Shown here one piece after another: positions 1 through 9,785 of a stretch of DNA of 28,979 nt. The notes beneath the pieces are model-generated. The model ran no database searches, was not told where the DNA came from, and saw only the letters and a list, made by a program, of their open reading frames with translations. Each line of letters opens with the position of its first letter. The stretch's first letter is position 1. Source of the stretch: Promethearchaeota archaeon (GTDB taxonomy: Archaea > Asgardarchaeota > Lokiarchaeia > Sigyniarchaeales > SOKP01); assembly GCA_004524535.1 (NCBI GenBank), contig SDNY01000041.1:1-28979 (forward strand), read 5' to 3'. A program made the position numbers and the translations under genes.

Positions 1-834
1 ATCTTTGAGAAAGACGACTCGAGTCCTGTAACCATCGCCGATTTTGCCTCACAAATCTATATAATATCAAAATTAAAAGAATTATACCCAAAGGATCAAA
101 TTATTGCAGAAGAAGACGCTATCTCTTTAATTGATGATAAAGGAATAAAAGTTATTAGAGATTGTTTTCATGATTTAAATATTCATGATGTAGCAGAAGT
201 GAAAGAAATTTTAAATTATCGGGGAAAAAGTAGTAATCGCATTTGGACTATTGATCCAATCGATGGAACCCGAGGGTTTCAAGAAGGTTTATCATATGCT
301 TTAGGAATTTGTTTAATGAAAAAATCAATACCTAAAATCTGTGCAATCGCTGTTCCTGATTATAATGAAAAAGGTTTAGCAATCTTTAGTGCTGAATTAT
401 ATCAAGGAGCAAAGGCTTCCTATGGAGGAGCTGATTTTAAGCCTATTAATGTAAGTACTCAAAAAGATATTAAAAAAGCACGAATGTGTCATTCATTGCA
501 TTATGATATGCCTTGGGTTGTGCAATTTGCGGAAAAAATAGGCATAAAAAACCGGATTCAGTTAGATAGCATGGCAAAATTCTGTATGGTAGCAGATGGA
601 AGCTGTGATATATATATTAAACCAATTATGGGTTATGAGGCATTTTCATGGGATTATTCCCCAGGAGATTTATTAGTACGAGAAGCTGGTGGAATAGTGA
701 CGGATCTTGACGAGGAACGCTTAACATTTAAAGATAACAAATGTATTTTAAGATCCCCTGGCATCATCAGTACAAATGGGCTCCTCCATGATGAAGTAGC
801 AGATTTTATCAGAATTAATTTCTTTTCAATATAA
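1..834 (+). CDS. Inositol monophosphatase family, HAL2/CysQ-like 3'(2'),5'-bisphosphate nucleotidase (5'-truncated by window edge)
   Basis: Frame is open from base 1 (IFEKDDSSPVTIADFASQ...IIAEED), then WTIDPIDGTRGF and WDYSPG..LVREAGG motifs; the true start lies upstream of the window. Confidence 0.88.
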   Translation: MFEKDDSSPVTIADFASQIYIISKLKELYPKDQIIAEEDAISLIDDKGIKVIRDCFHDLNIHDVAEVKEILNYRGKSSNRIWTIDPIDGTRGFQEGLSYALGICLMKKSIPKICAIAVPDYNEKGLAIFSAELYQGAKASYGGADFKPINVSTQKDIKKARMCHSLHYDMPWVVQFAEKIGIKNRIQLDSMAKFCMVADGSCDIYIKPIMGYEAFSWDYSPGDLLVREAGGIVTDLDEERLTFKDNKCILRSPGIISTNGLLHDEVADFIRINFFSI

Positions 835-925
835 TTTCTATATAGTGAATATTAAATTTTTTATGTTCCATTAAAATTTAAACGAGCCTACTTATCTTTT
901 TAATGAATTCTTAATTTATTATCTT

Positions 926-1597
926 ATGGAAGAAAAAGAAGTACTATATCGGGCTGAAGTTGTTAAAGGCGCTAAAGCCATCTTTAATAAAGGATTAGTT
1001 GATTTTGGAGAAGGGAATGTAAGTGTAAGAAACGGAAAAAAAGAAGAACTCTTTATAACTCCTTCGTTTAATAATTACGAAACTTTAACAGAAGATCAGG
1101 TTGTCCATATGAAATTTGATGGAACTCCTTTAAGTACAGGTAAGTTGCCATCTACAGAGGCAATAATGCATACAATGATATACCAATCGCGTCCAAAGGC
1201 TCATTCAGTCATACATACTCATTCATCCTATGCTACAATGCTTTCAGTCAATCAAATGGGCATTCCTATTATAATGGAAGAACAAGTGGCATTCTTAGGT
1301 GGGTCGGTCGATATATCTCCTTTTGGTGAGGCTCATACTGAAGATATCGGTAATTCTGCGTTAAAAGCCTTAGGAATAAAAAATGGAGCTTTATTGGCAA
1401 ATCATGGAGTAATTGTTTGCGGAAAGTCAGTAGAACATGCTGTCAAATTTGCGGAATTAATTGAAAAATTGGCTAAAATCTATATCGGAGCATTGGGAAT
1501 AGGAATTCCTCAGATTATTCCAGAAGATCAGTGTGATAAATTTAAGAAATTATTTAATAGCCTTTTTGCGAATTATCCACGAAAAATGCTGAAATAA
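926..1597 (+). CDS. Class II aldolase/adducin family protein (L-fuculose-phosphate aldolase-like)
   Basis: GNVSVR, ITPS, PSTE..MH, HTHS and LLANHG zinc-binding motifs. Confidence 0.9.
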   Translation: MEEKEVLYRAEVVKGAKAIFNKGLVDFGEGNVSVRNGKKEELFITPSFNNYETLTEDQVVHMKFDGTPLSTGKLPSTEAIMHTMIYQSRPKAHSVIHTHSSYATMLSVNQMGIPIIMEEQVAFLGGSVDISPFGEAHTEDIGNSALKALGIKNGALLANHGVIVCGKSVEHAVKFAELIEKLAKIYIGALGIGIPQIIPEDQCDKFKKLFNSLFANYPRKMLK

Positions 1598-1617
1598 AAA
1601 AATACTTGTTGAGATTA

Positions 1618-2451
1618 ATGGAATTAGGTATTAGTTCTCTTGGTTTTCTTGTAGATCTGGCGATGTCAGGAAAATTTAAAAATTTATTTAATTTATTCTT
1701 TGATTCTACTGAATCCTGTTTTAAATTTGCTGAAGAAAACGATAACAAGATATGTGAAATCGTCTTAGAGCCCCCAGAAATCTTAACGAGTGAAAAAAAA
1801 CAAGAATTTATTGATTTGTGTAATTCATTTTCAAATATTAAAAAACAAGTTCACGGACCGTTTCTTGATGTATGCCTTTGTTCTCATAATGATTTTATAT
1901 CTAAAGCATCTGTAGAAGCCTATGTTGAATCCGCTAAAATATGTGAAGAGATAAATGCAAGAGTTTTAACTATTCATCCTGGCTTAGCAAATTCTCTAGT
2001 TACGTCATATCATAAATATAATAAACAAAGATTGGTAGATGCAATCAATGATCTTTTAGATCTCGTAAAAAACATGGATATTATGATTTGCTTAGAAAAT
2101 ATGCCAAAAATGGTAAACTTATTTTTGAAAACTCCTGAAATTAAAGAATTTTTAGCAAATTTAAATCGAGATGAAATTTTTATGACATGGGATACGAGCC
2201 ATTCTTGGACTTGTGATGTAGATATCGAAATTTTCTGGAAAAAGTTCAGTAAAATCATCAAAAATATTCATTTAGTAGATAATTACGATAAAGAAAAGGA
2301 TAGTCATCCTGCTTTAGGCACAGGAAAAATTAATTTTAACGAAATATTTAAGATAGTAGATAACTACAACTATGATGGGGCATTAATAGTAGAATTATCA
2401 TCCGCAAAAGATTTACCACAAAGTATAGAGTTTATCCAAAAATTCTTATAA
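1618..2451 (+). CDS. Sugar phosphate isomerase/epimerase (xylose isomerase-like TIM barrel, AP endonuclease 2 family)
   Basis: VHGPF, TIHPG, LENMP, WDTSH, IHLVDN, H.ALGTGKINF and IVE metal ligands; ATG at 1618 preferred over TTG at 1606. Confidence 0.85.
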   Translation: MELGISSLGFLVDLAMSGKFKNLFNLFFDSTESCFKFAEENDNKICEIVLEPPEILTSEKKQEFIDLCNSFSNIKKQVHGPFLDVCLCSHNDFISKASVEAYVESAKICEEINARVLTIHPGLANSLVTSYHKYNKQRLVDAINDLLDLVKNMDIMICLENMPKMVNLFLKTPEIKEFLANLNRDEIFMTWDTSHSWTCDVDIEIFWKKFSKIIKNIHLVDNYDKEKDSHPALGTGKINFNEIFKIVDNYNYDGALIVELSSAKDLPQSIEFIQKFL

Positions 2452-2550
2452 ATAAATGAAAAAAGAGGATTTTTTCTTAATTTATATGTATTAATTATAT
2501 TTTCTAAGGTATTTTAAAGACTTAAATAATTCAAAATATCAGATATAATT

Positions 2551-4170
2551 ATGAATGTTATTTTTATTCTTTTTGATAGTTTAAACAAATCTTATATTGA
2601 GCCTTATGGCAATCAGCAAGTGGATACAAAAAATATGCAAAAACTTGCTGATAAAGGGGCGGTATTTGAGAATCATTTTCTATGCTCCGCACCTTGCATG
2701 CCTGCCCGTAGGGAGCTTTTTTCGGGAAGGAAAAATGAATTTCTCTGGAGGTTTTGGGGAAGTATGGAGCCCTTTGATCGTCCATTACCTTTAGAAGCTA
2801 GAAAGCTAGGAGCTGTTACGGCTTTAATTACTGATCACTACCATTATTGGGAACAAGCAGGCTTAGTTCATGGATATCATGAGAATTATATGTATACTGA
2901 TCTCATTAGAGGACATGAGATGGACACAGCAAATACTGAACCTTTAGAAGATGAAGTAAATTATCCAGGTTGGGTAAAATCTATAATAAAATGGAGGTCT
3001 TCAAAAACAGGAGCTCTCCAGTATTATAGAAATGTAAAACATTATAAGGGAGAAGAAGACTTTCATGGACCGAAAATAATGCAATCGGCTTGTGATTGGC
3101 TGGATAAAAATCATTCCCATGAAAAATTCTTCCTTCACATCGAAAGTTTTGATCCTCACGAGCCTTTTTATGTTCCTGAACCATATCGCTCTATGTATGG
3201 TCCATATAATGAAGATTTCACTTGCTGGCCTCCTTACCAGGACAGAAAAACTTTTACTAAATTTATGAAGGATGCTTCAAACGAAGAACTAGATTTTATT
3301 AGGAACCAATATAAAGGAAAAGTGACCATGGTAGATAGGTGGTTAGGAAAGTTATGGGATAAAATGGATCAGTATAATCTCTGGGAAAATACAATGGTAA
3401 TACTTACAGCTGATCATGGACATGCACTTGCTGAGCCAGAGAAAAAGATCAAACAATTTGCAAAAGGTCATCCCATTTTTGAAGATGTAGGTAATATTCC
3501 TTTAATTATTTATCATCCTGAAATGGACGGAAAGAAAAGATTATCTTCAACTTTTTCTACAATTGTGGACCTTCGAGCTACTATTTTACATGCCTTAGGT
3601 GCGGAAAAAGACGATTCTGCTATGGTTGATGGAAAATCTTTATTACCTGTTTTGAGTGGAGAAGAGAAATCAATTAGAGATTATATTTTATATGGAATAT
3701 TCGGAACTGGCTGTCATTTAACTACATGGGATACAACATATATCCGTGGTTTTAATTCTAAAAAACCTCTTCATTGGTATTCTACAGGCTTTTCTATGTT
3801 CATGTCTCCTAGCGTTATAAGCAGTTTAGGTGAAGCTCTTGGAGTTAAGATCAAATATGACGTGGCAGAAAATATGGTCGCCCAATTAGCAAAACAAGTT
3901 AATAATGGATTTTTCATTCCAGGAGTAGTTTTCCCTCAATGGAAGATCCCCATCCCATCAGTATTTTTCTCTGCAATGGTAGATAGTAAGGGGCAAAAGC
4001 AAAATTACTTATTCAATCGCAAAGAAGATCCTAATTTCCAGAATAATCTTGCAGATAACGAAGATTATAAAGAACTGGAACAGAATATGATTCAAAAAAT
4101 GAGAGATATATTAAAGAAGGAAGGCTGTCCCCCTGAACAATTTGAAAGGCTAATGTTAATAGAGAAATGA
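2551..4170 (+). CDS. Cys-type sulfatase (formylglycine-dependent family)
   Basis: N-terminal ILFDSL, CMPARRELFSG (CxPxR signature), DPHEP, TADHG. Confidence 0.92.
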   Translation: MNVIFILFDSLNKSYIEPYGNQQVDTKNMQKLADKGAVFENHFLCSAPCMPARRELFSGRKNEFLWRFWGSMEPFDRPLPLEARKLGAVTALITDHYHYWEQAGLVHGYHENYMYTDLIRGHEMDTANTEPLEDEVNYPGWVKSIIKWRSSKTGALQYYRNVKHYKGEEDFHGPKIMQSACDWLDKNHSHEKFFLHIESFDPHEPFYVPEPYRSMYGPYNEDFTCWPPYQDRKTFTKFMKDASNEELDFIRNQYKGKVTMVDRWLGKLWDKMDQYNLWENTMVILTADHGHALAEPEKKIKQFAKGHPIFEDVGNIPLIIYHPEMDGKKRLSSTFSTIVDLRATILHALGAEKDDSAMVDGKSLLPVLSGEEKSIRDYILYGIFGTGCHLTTWDTTYIRGFNSKKPLHWYSTGFSMFMSPSVISSLGEALGVKIKYDVAENMVAQLAKQVNNGFFIPGVVFPQWKIPIPSVFFSAMVDSKGQKQNYLFNRKEDPNFQNNLADNEDYKELEQNMIQKMRDILKKEGCPPEQFERLMLIEK

Positions 4171-4184
4171 TAAAAAAATAGATC

Positions 4185-4195
4185 TTTTTTTTTTT
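4185..4195 (+). terminator. Oligo-T tract, putative archaeal intrinsic terminator
   Basis: 11 consecutive T shortly after the sulfatase stop codon; low specificity in AT-rich DNA. Confidence 0.4.
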
Positions 4196-4281
4196 CTTAA
4201 TATTATCCATTTGATGGAATGGATAGTATTATTATAGATAAATTATAATCATTCTACAATAAAATAATTATTTTGATTAAC

Positions 4282-5352
4282 ATGAAGATTGGTCCAAATT
4301 CATTAGCAAATTTAGCAAGAATAAGAAAAAATGTTAAAAGAAAGCGAATTTCGAGTTATGATAGAACTGGAGCAAATGTAGATTTTCATTTAATAGAAGC
4401 TAAGAATCAACATGAAATATGTAATATTAGTGGAGCTGGATGCATAAAGCATATATGGATGACACTTGCCTCGAGAGATCGTGATTATCTAAGAAAGATT
4501 GTTCTTAGGATGTGGTGGGATAACGAAGAGAACCCCTCTGTGGAGTGCCCCATTGGAGATTTTTTCGGAATGGGACATGGTAAAACTAAAAATTTTTGGA
4601 GTTTACCACTCGCGATGGCACCTCAAGATGGGAAAAGTTTCAATTGTTTTTTTCCAATGCCATTTTCAGACAATGCAAGAATTGAAGTTGACAATGAAAC
4701 AGATGCGCAACTAATCTGCTATTTTTATATTGATTATGAAGAATATCCTGAATTAGATGACAATTATGGAAGGTTTCATGTATTTTGGAACAGAGTAAAG
4801 GAGTGTCCGGGAGATAATTATGAAACGGCTCGTAGAATCCAGAAACATCATAAAAAGAACCCAACACATGAGAATGATTATTTAATATTAGAAGCTGAGG
4901 GAGAAGGTCATTATGTAGGATGTCATTTAGACATACATAATTTATTTGATATGAAGAAACATGATAAGAAGAAACTTGTGGCTAGGATCAATTGGCCTGG
5001 AGAGGGCGATGATTATATTGAGATAGATGATGGAGAAATAAAGATTTATGGCACTGGTACGGAAGATTACTTCTGTACAGCATGGTGTCCCACACAGTAT
5101 TATTGTTCTCCATATTTTGGCATTGTTTTATCCGGGAAAAGACAATGGAGGTATATGTCTTATTATAGATATCATATAGAAGATCCCATCCATTTTCACA
5201 AAAATATTAAAGTAAAAATAGAGCATGGGCATGCGAACCAGAGATCTGATGACTATTCATCAACAGCATATTGGTATCAATTAGAGCCACATAAAAAATT
5301 TACTCCTCTATTGCCTATTGACGAAAGAATACCAAGAAAAGAACCAAAATAA
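4282..5352 (+). CDS. DUF2961 / glycoside hydrolase family 172 protein
   Basis: SSYDRTGAN.D, GAGCIKHIWMT, PIGDFFG.GHG, FPMPF, WPGEGDD, GTGTEDYF, YRYHIEDPI.F, IEHGHAN, SSTAYWYQ. Confidence 0.9.
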   Translation: MKIGPNSLANLARIRKNVKRKRISSYDRTGANVDFHLIEAKNQHEICNISGAGCIKHIWMTLASRDRDYLRKIVLRMWWDNEENPSVECPIGDFFGMGHGKTKNFWSLPLAMAPQDGKSFNCFFPMPFSDNARIEVDNETDAQLICYFYIDYEEYPELDDNYGRFHVFWNRVKECPGDNYETARRIQKHHKKNPTHENDYLILEAEGEGHYVGCHLDIHNLFDMKKHDKKKLVARINWPGEGDDYIEIDDGEIKIYGTGTEDYFCTAWCPTQYYCSPYFGIVLSGKRQWRYMSYYRYHIEDPIHFHKNIKVKIEHGHANQRSDDYSSTAYWYQLEPHKKFTPLLPIDERIPRKEPK

Positions 5353-5356
5353 AATC

Positions 5357-5365
5357 TTTTTTTTT
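5357..5365 (+). terminator. Oligo-T tract, putative terminator
   Basis: 9 T immediately after the GH172 stop codon. Confidence 0.35.
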
Positions 5366-5416
5366 AATATATTCAGAATAAAACTTATTTACAAGCATTT
5401 CCTTAATGTGTTTATA

Positions 5417-5809
5417 ATGCCTATAATATCATTGCAATTGAGTGACGATTTATTAGAAAGATTCGAAAAGATTCGCACTTTAAGTGGTTTTAACTCTAAA
5501 AGTGAAGCTCTAAGAGATGCTATCGTTAATTTCATTGAAAACCAAGAAAAATTCGATAAAATGGAAGGATATAAAATAACGACTATTAGTTTAGTCTATC
5601 CGTTCAAAGAAGTGATTATTAATCAAATATCTGAAATTTATTCTAAATTTCGTCAAATAATAAAAACAGCTACAGATTGGCGTATCGCTGAGAAAAAAAT
5701 TGAAATCATCTTAGCTGTGGGAGAATTTGGTCTTATAAAGGATTTAAAGAATTCATTAGCCAAAATAAAAGATGTTATTTGTTCTATTCACGAATTAGTC
5801 ATTGAATGA
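5417..5809 (+). CDS. NikR-like ribbon-helix-helix transcription regulator
   Basis: MPIISLQLSDDLLERFE...GFNSKSEALRDAI is a CopG/NikR RHH, followed by a NikR C-terminal-like domain; ATG at 5417. Confidence 0.82.
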   Translation: MPIISLQLSDDLLERFEKIRTLSGFNSKSEALRDAIVNFIENQEKFDKMEGYKITTISLVYPFKEVIINQISEIYSKFRQIIKTATDWRIAEKKIEIILAVGEFGLIKDLKNSLAKIKDVICSIHELVIE

Positions 5810-5820
5810 TTTTAGTAAAT

Positions 5821-6675
5821 TTAATCAAACCGAAGTGAAAGATCTAGGTGTTCAGAGGGGAATAGTGTCAATTCGCTAGTACTTATTACGTCTGGCTCTG
5901 ATTGTAGATAGTCAACGAGATTATCTGATTTTATACTCCCTGAAACTTCAACAATTACATTATCCCTTAAGTTGTTATTTTTAAGTGAATTTATTGCGTG
6001 TTCTACCTCAATAGAACTCATATTATCTAGCATTATAATGTCTGCGCCATTTTGTGCCGCAACTACAGCATTTTCTGCTTTTTCAATCTCAATTTCTATT
6101 TTTTTCGAAAAGCTTGCCTTCTTTTTTACATCCCTTAAAAGATCTACGACATCTCCTTTATAATATTTTAAATGAGTATCTTTTAAGAGTATCATATCAT
6201 CTAAAGAGAAACGGTGTGTATCTCCGCCACCTAAATCAACAGCTCGCTTTTCAAAAATTCGAAGACCTGGAATAGTTTTCCTTGTTGCGGCAATCCTCAC
6301 TTTTTTTCCCGTCTCTTCAATAATATTTACAAATTTTCGTGTAGTTGTCGTAATTGCGCTCATATGTGTTAGGAGGTTAAGCCCAACTCTCTCTCCGATT
6401 AATATTTTTCTTGCATTTCCTTTTAATTCTGCTACTATATCGCCTTTTTTAATTTCATCTCCATCTTTTTTCTTGATATCTATGGTAATTTCCAATAGTT
6501 CGAATAAAATCTCTAATTCCTCCAGTCCGGAAATATATCCATTACTTTTTGCTTTAATTTTTGCCGAACTTTCAGCATCTTCCGGTATAAAACTTGAACT
6601 TACGTCTTGAAATTGACAATCTTCTTCTAAATATTCCTTTAATTTCTTCTCTAATATGATTCTATTATAGCTCAT
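5821..6675 (-). CDS. nadC: Nicotinate-nucleotide diphosphorylase (quinolinate phosphoribosyltransferase)
   Basis: ER..LNLL.HMSAI, ATRKT.PGLR, GGGDTHR..LDD..L.KDTH, IEIE, GADIIMLDNM; ATG at 6675. Confidence 0.92.
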   Translation of the reverse strand: MSYNRIILEKKLKEYLEEDCQFQDVSSSFIPEDAESSAKIKAKSNGYISGLEELEILFELLEITIDIKKKDGDEIKKGDIVAELKGNARKILIGERVGLNLLTHMSAITTTTRKFVNIIEETGKKVRIAATRKTIPGLRIFEKRAVDLGGGDTHRFSLDDMILLKDTHLKYYKGDVVDLLRDVKKKASFSKKIEIEIEKAENAVVAAQNGADIIMLDNMSSIEVEHAINSLKNNNLRDNVIVEVSGSIKSDNLVDYLQSEPDVISTSELTLFPSEHLDLSLRFD

Positions 6676-6732
6676 TCTTCCCAGCACTCTTTTATGTCTT
6701 ACTTTTAATAAGATCAACAAATAAATAAAATT

Positions 6733-7368
6733 ATGGTAGGAACAGAAAAAATATTTATAATTAATGAAAATATTAAACTTGAGGCAGAATATTACCCATC
6801 AAAAGCAGTAAAAGATTCAGCAATAATTATCTGTCATCCACATCCCCAGTTTGGTGGAAGTATGTTGAACAACGTAGTTTCAGGAGTCTTTAATAAATTC
6901 ATTAAAGAAGATATATCTTGTTTAAGATTTAATTTTAGGGCTGTTGGAGAATCAAGCGGAGAACACTCAAGTGGAAGAGGGGAATTAAGCGATGTAAAAG
7001 CTTGTGTCGATTTTTTAATTAATGAAAAAAAGATTAAGAAAATCTTTATCTGTGGATATTCATACGGAGCAGCAATAGGTTGTTCAGCTATAAATTATTC
7101 TAAAAAAATTGTTGGATTTGCTGCAATCTCGTTTCCATGGGATTTCATGGGTCATAAATATAAGAAACTCTCGCAATCAGATAAACCTAAACTATTTTTG
7201 CAGGGAGATAGGGACGATATTGCTCGATACGATAAATTCAAAACTCACTATGATACATATCAGAATCCTAAGGAATATAGAATTATCAATGGAGCGGATC
7301 ATTTTTATTGGGGACATGAAGACGAGGTGGCATTTGAAGTATTTAACTTTTTCAAATCATTATTATAA
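6733..7368 (+). CDS. Alpha/beta fold hydrolase
   Basis: CHPHPQFGGSM.NNVV, LRFNFRAVGES, GYSYG nucleophile elbow, GDRDD, GADHF. Confidence 0.9.
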   Translation: MVGTEKIFIINENIKLEAEYYPSKAVKDSAIIICHPHPQFGGSMLNNVVSGVFNKFIKEDISCLRFNFRAVGESSGEHSSGRGELSDVKACVDFLINEKKIKKIFICGYSYGAAIGCSAINYSKKIVGFAAISFPWDFMGHKYKKLSQSDKPKLFLQGDRDDIARYDKFKTHYDTYQNPKEYRIINGADHFYWGHEDEVAFEVFNFFKSLL

Positions 7369-7494
7369 AAGATTTTAATCAATTTTTAATAATACTTTCC
7401 CAAATTGAATTCCTTCGTTTTAAAAAAAAAAAGTAATGAGAATATGAAAAAATAATTATAAGGACTAATTAGGCACGTAAAAATTATTAAGATA

Positions 7495-7890
7495 TTAGAT
7501 ACTTGAAAGTTTCTTTAAATCATCTAGACTGTTCTCCATGGCCCATTGAAGTAATTGGTCAATATATTTTTCCACTTCATCGGAATCAGGTAATTTTGAA
7601 AGAACTGCCAATAAAAATGATGTATCATTATTAATTGCAATATTTTTACATATAATATAATCATTCTTATAAAAGATTTTCATAATTGTGGGTTCACTCA
7701 AATCCATTTCTTCTGCGGCCTTTATAGCAGCATCACTTAATAGGGATCCCATTGCTGCGACTACTCTTTCATCGATATCTTCATCTTTCTGTGATGCTAA
7801 GACAAGTCCTGTTGATGTAGAAAAGAGGGATGCTCGAAAATTTCCATTTTCGTTCAATTCTTTGAGAACCATTTCTAATCTTGAAACCAT
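7495..7890 (-). CDS. Roadblock/LC7 domain protein
   Basis: 131 aa with roadblock pattern LE.VLKEL...ASLFSTSTGLVLAS...DERVVAAMGSLL..A..A.EEM. Confidence 0.8.
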   Translation of the reverse strand: MVSRLEMVLKELNENGNFRASLFSTSTGLVLASQKDEDIDERVVAAMGSLLSDAAIKAAEEMDLSEPTIMKIFYKNDYIICKNIAINNDTSFLLAVLSKLPDSDEVEKYIDQLLQWAMENSLDDLKKLSSI

Positions 7891-8011
7891 TTTTTAAAAT
7901 GTCATCTCGCTTTTATTTACTTAGTATAATAAGAAAATAACTATATTTAATTTTAACTTATTTTTTCTATAGATTTAAATATAAAATTTTACAAAGCATT
8001 TCGAAAGTATC

Positions 8012-8098
8012 ATAAGTTCCGGTTATTCCATCTGCCTTTAGTTTACTAAACGATTGAACAAGGATAGAATAATGTCCAGAAATGGCTGCCGGATTTAT
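8012..8098. ncRNA. Candidate structured intergenic RNA / imperfect inverted repeat
   Basis: Nested complementary segments ATAAG/TTTAT, TCCGG/CCGGA, CCAT/ATGG, CTG/CAG; GC above flanks; no family recognised. Confidence 0.3.
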
Positions 8099-8101
8099 AG
8101 A

Positions 8102-8629
8102 TTAAATCTTTAAATTAAGGTTAACTATATATGTTTTTAGATGGTCATTTTCATCAATTTCCATGAGAATTACGCTAGGTCTTGCTATTGGCTTTTTAAA
8201 TCCTCTTTTCTGAGGGGGAGGTTTTGGTTTTGTTGGAGAACCAGGATTTAAAAGTAAAGTATTATAAGGAGTTCCTTGGTTAAGAGGTTGATGTGAGTGC
8301 CCATGAATTAATATATGAATATTATTTTCTTTAGCAAAATTTTCAACATTTTCAGGCAATTCATGAATAACACCAATGCTATATCTACCAACGGAAAATT
8401 TAATGAAATTTTCCAGATCTTTAATTTTATCCATATTTCCTTTTACGCATTTTGTAGGAGCTATTTCGTTTAATTTTTCTAAAAAAAATTCGTCACATAC
8501 ATCACCAGCGTGAATTATTTCGTCAACGTCTTTAAAAGCCAGTCGTAATTGTTCTAATAAAGCCGAGATTTTTTCAGGTTCATCGTTTTTTTTAATGTGT
8601 GTGTCAGAAATGATGCCAAATTTAACCAT
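8102..8629 (-). CDS. YfcE/MJ0936 (Vps29-related) metallophosphoesterase
   Basis: ISDTH, IHAGD, VKGNMD, HGHSH, LNPGS motifs. Confidence 0.9.
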   Translation of the reverse strand: MVKFGIISDTHIKKNDEPEKISALLEQLRLAFKDVDEIIHAGDVCDEFFLEKLNEIAPTKCVKGNMDKIKDLENFIKFSVGRYSIGVIHELPENVENFAKENNIHILIHGHSHQPLNQGTPYNTLLLNPGSPTKPKPPPQKRGFKKPIARPSVILMEIDENDHLKTYIVNLNLKI

Positions 8630-8643
8630 TAATTATACCTCCT

Positions 8644-9708
8644 TTATATCAGAAAAAAAAGCCCTATAATTAAAATTAATAACCCTATTAAAAAATCAAT
8701 GAAAAAACGGAAATATAAATCGCTTTTGGACTCTCTAATGAATTCGTTTTTTTTGAAGTAGGTTTTAAATTCTTTAAATCCCGTCGATATTCCTTGTTTG
8801 ATTCGTGAAAATTGCCATATGAATAAAATACTAGTGATTATTAATAATGGAAAGTAAAGATAAATTGCTACTAAACTAAAATCGTTACCCTGAAGATAAT
8901 TCCATACAGCATATGCAGATATGATATTGTTTAATGCATGAGCAAAAATTACTGGCCAAATTCTTTTCTTTTTTACAATAAAAATAGATAACATTATTCC
9001 AACAGTAAAAGTCTGTAGAAACCATATAAGTGGGAACCAAACAGGATAATTTCTACTGATGGGATGTAAGTAATAGAGGAAGTGCATTAGACCAAAGTAT
9101 AAAGAGGATATAATTACAGCGGATATTCTATGAAAATATTCACCACCTCTCATTGTTAAAAATCCTCTTGTGAGAGATTCTTCGTATATCGCAACACTAA
9201 TTTGAATTATTATAACTGAAAAGAGAAAAATAAAGTACCCCCGTAATAAGTAAGCATCTGTTGCCTGTGTTGATAAGACGTTGCCTGTGAATTCAAGCAT
9301 TTCAGGAATTAAGAAATAGGTAAGAAAATCTAATGGTATGAAAACTATAAATAAAATTAAAATCCCATATAACAATTGTTCTTTAAAATCTCCTTCAGTA
9401 ACAGAGTAAAGATTTAAATATCTTGAAACAGGGCTCGAGTCATCCTCTATATTAGTGTTATTTTTCTGTGAATCTATAATTTTATTTAAAAGATATAACA
9501 ATATAGGAATCGCAATTAAAATCCCCAAGGCTCTTAATAAATAATATAATGGTCCATAAAAAATAGATTTTTCATCAATTAGCGAGGGTAAGAGCAATAA
9601 AGGAATAATCATAAAAAGAGTGATTCCTATAAATATCATTAAGACTTCGCAAATGAAGACACCCCTATCAACCACAATTTTTTTCTTTTTATTATTACTT
9701 GTCTCCAT
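8644..9708 (-). CDS. CPBP (Abi/Rce1-like) intramembrane glutamic endopeptidase
   Basis: Many hydrophobic segments with EESLTRG, FGLMH and AHALNN motifs. Confidence 0.88.
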   Translation of the reverse strand: METSNNKKKKIVVDRGVFICEVLMIFIGITLFMIIPLLLLPSLIDEKSIFYGPLYYLLRALGILIAIPILLYLLNKIIDSQKNNTNIEDDSSPVSRYLNLYSVTEGDFKEQLLYGILILFIVFIPLDFLTYFLIPEMLEFTGNVLSTQATDAYLLRGYFIFLFSVIIIQISVAIYEESLTRGFLTMRGGEYFHRISAVIISSLYFGLMHFLYYLHPISRNYPVWFPLIWFLQTFTVGIMLSIFIVKKKRIWPVIFAHALNNIISAYAVWNYLQGNDFSLVAIYLYFPLLIITSILFIWQFSRIKQGISTGFKEFKTYFKKNEFIRESKSDLYFRFFIDFLIGLLILIIGLFFLI

Positions 9709-9785
9709 TGTAGTTTTAATTCAAACGCAATTGTTCTAAATAAAGAATTATTAATTTAAGAAGTTATAAACTTTTTTATTCGATT

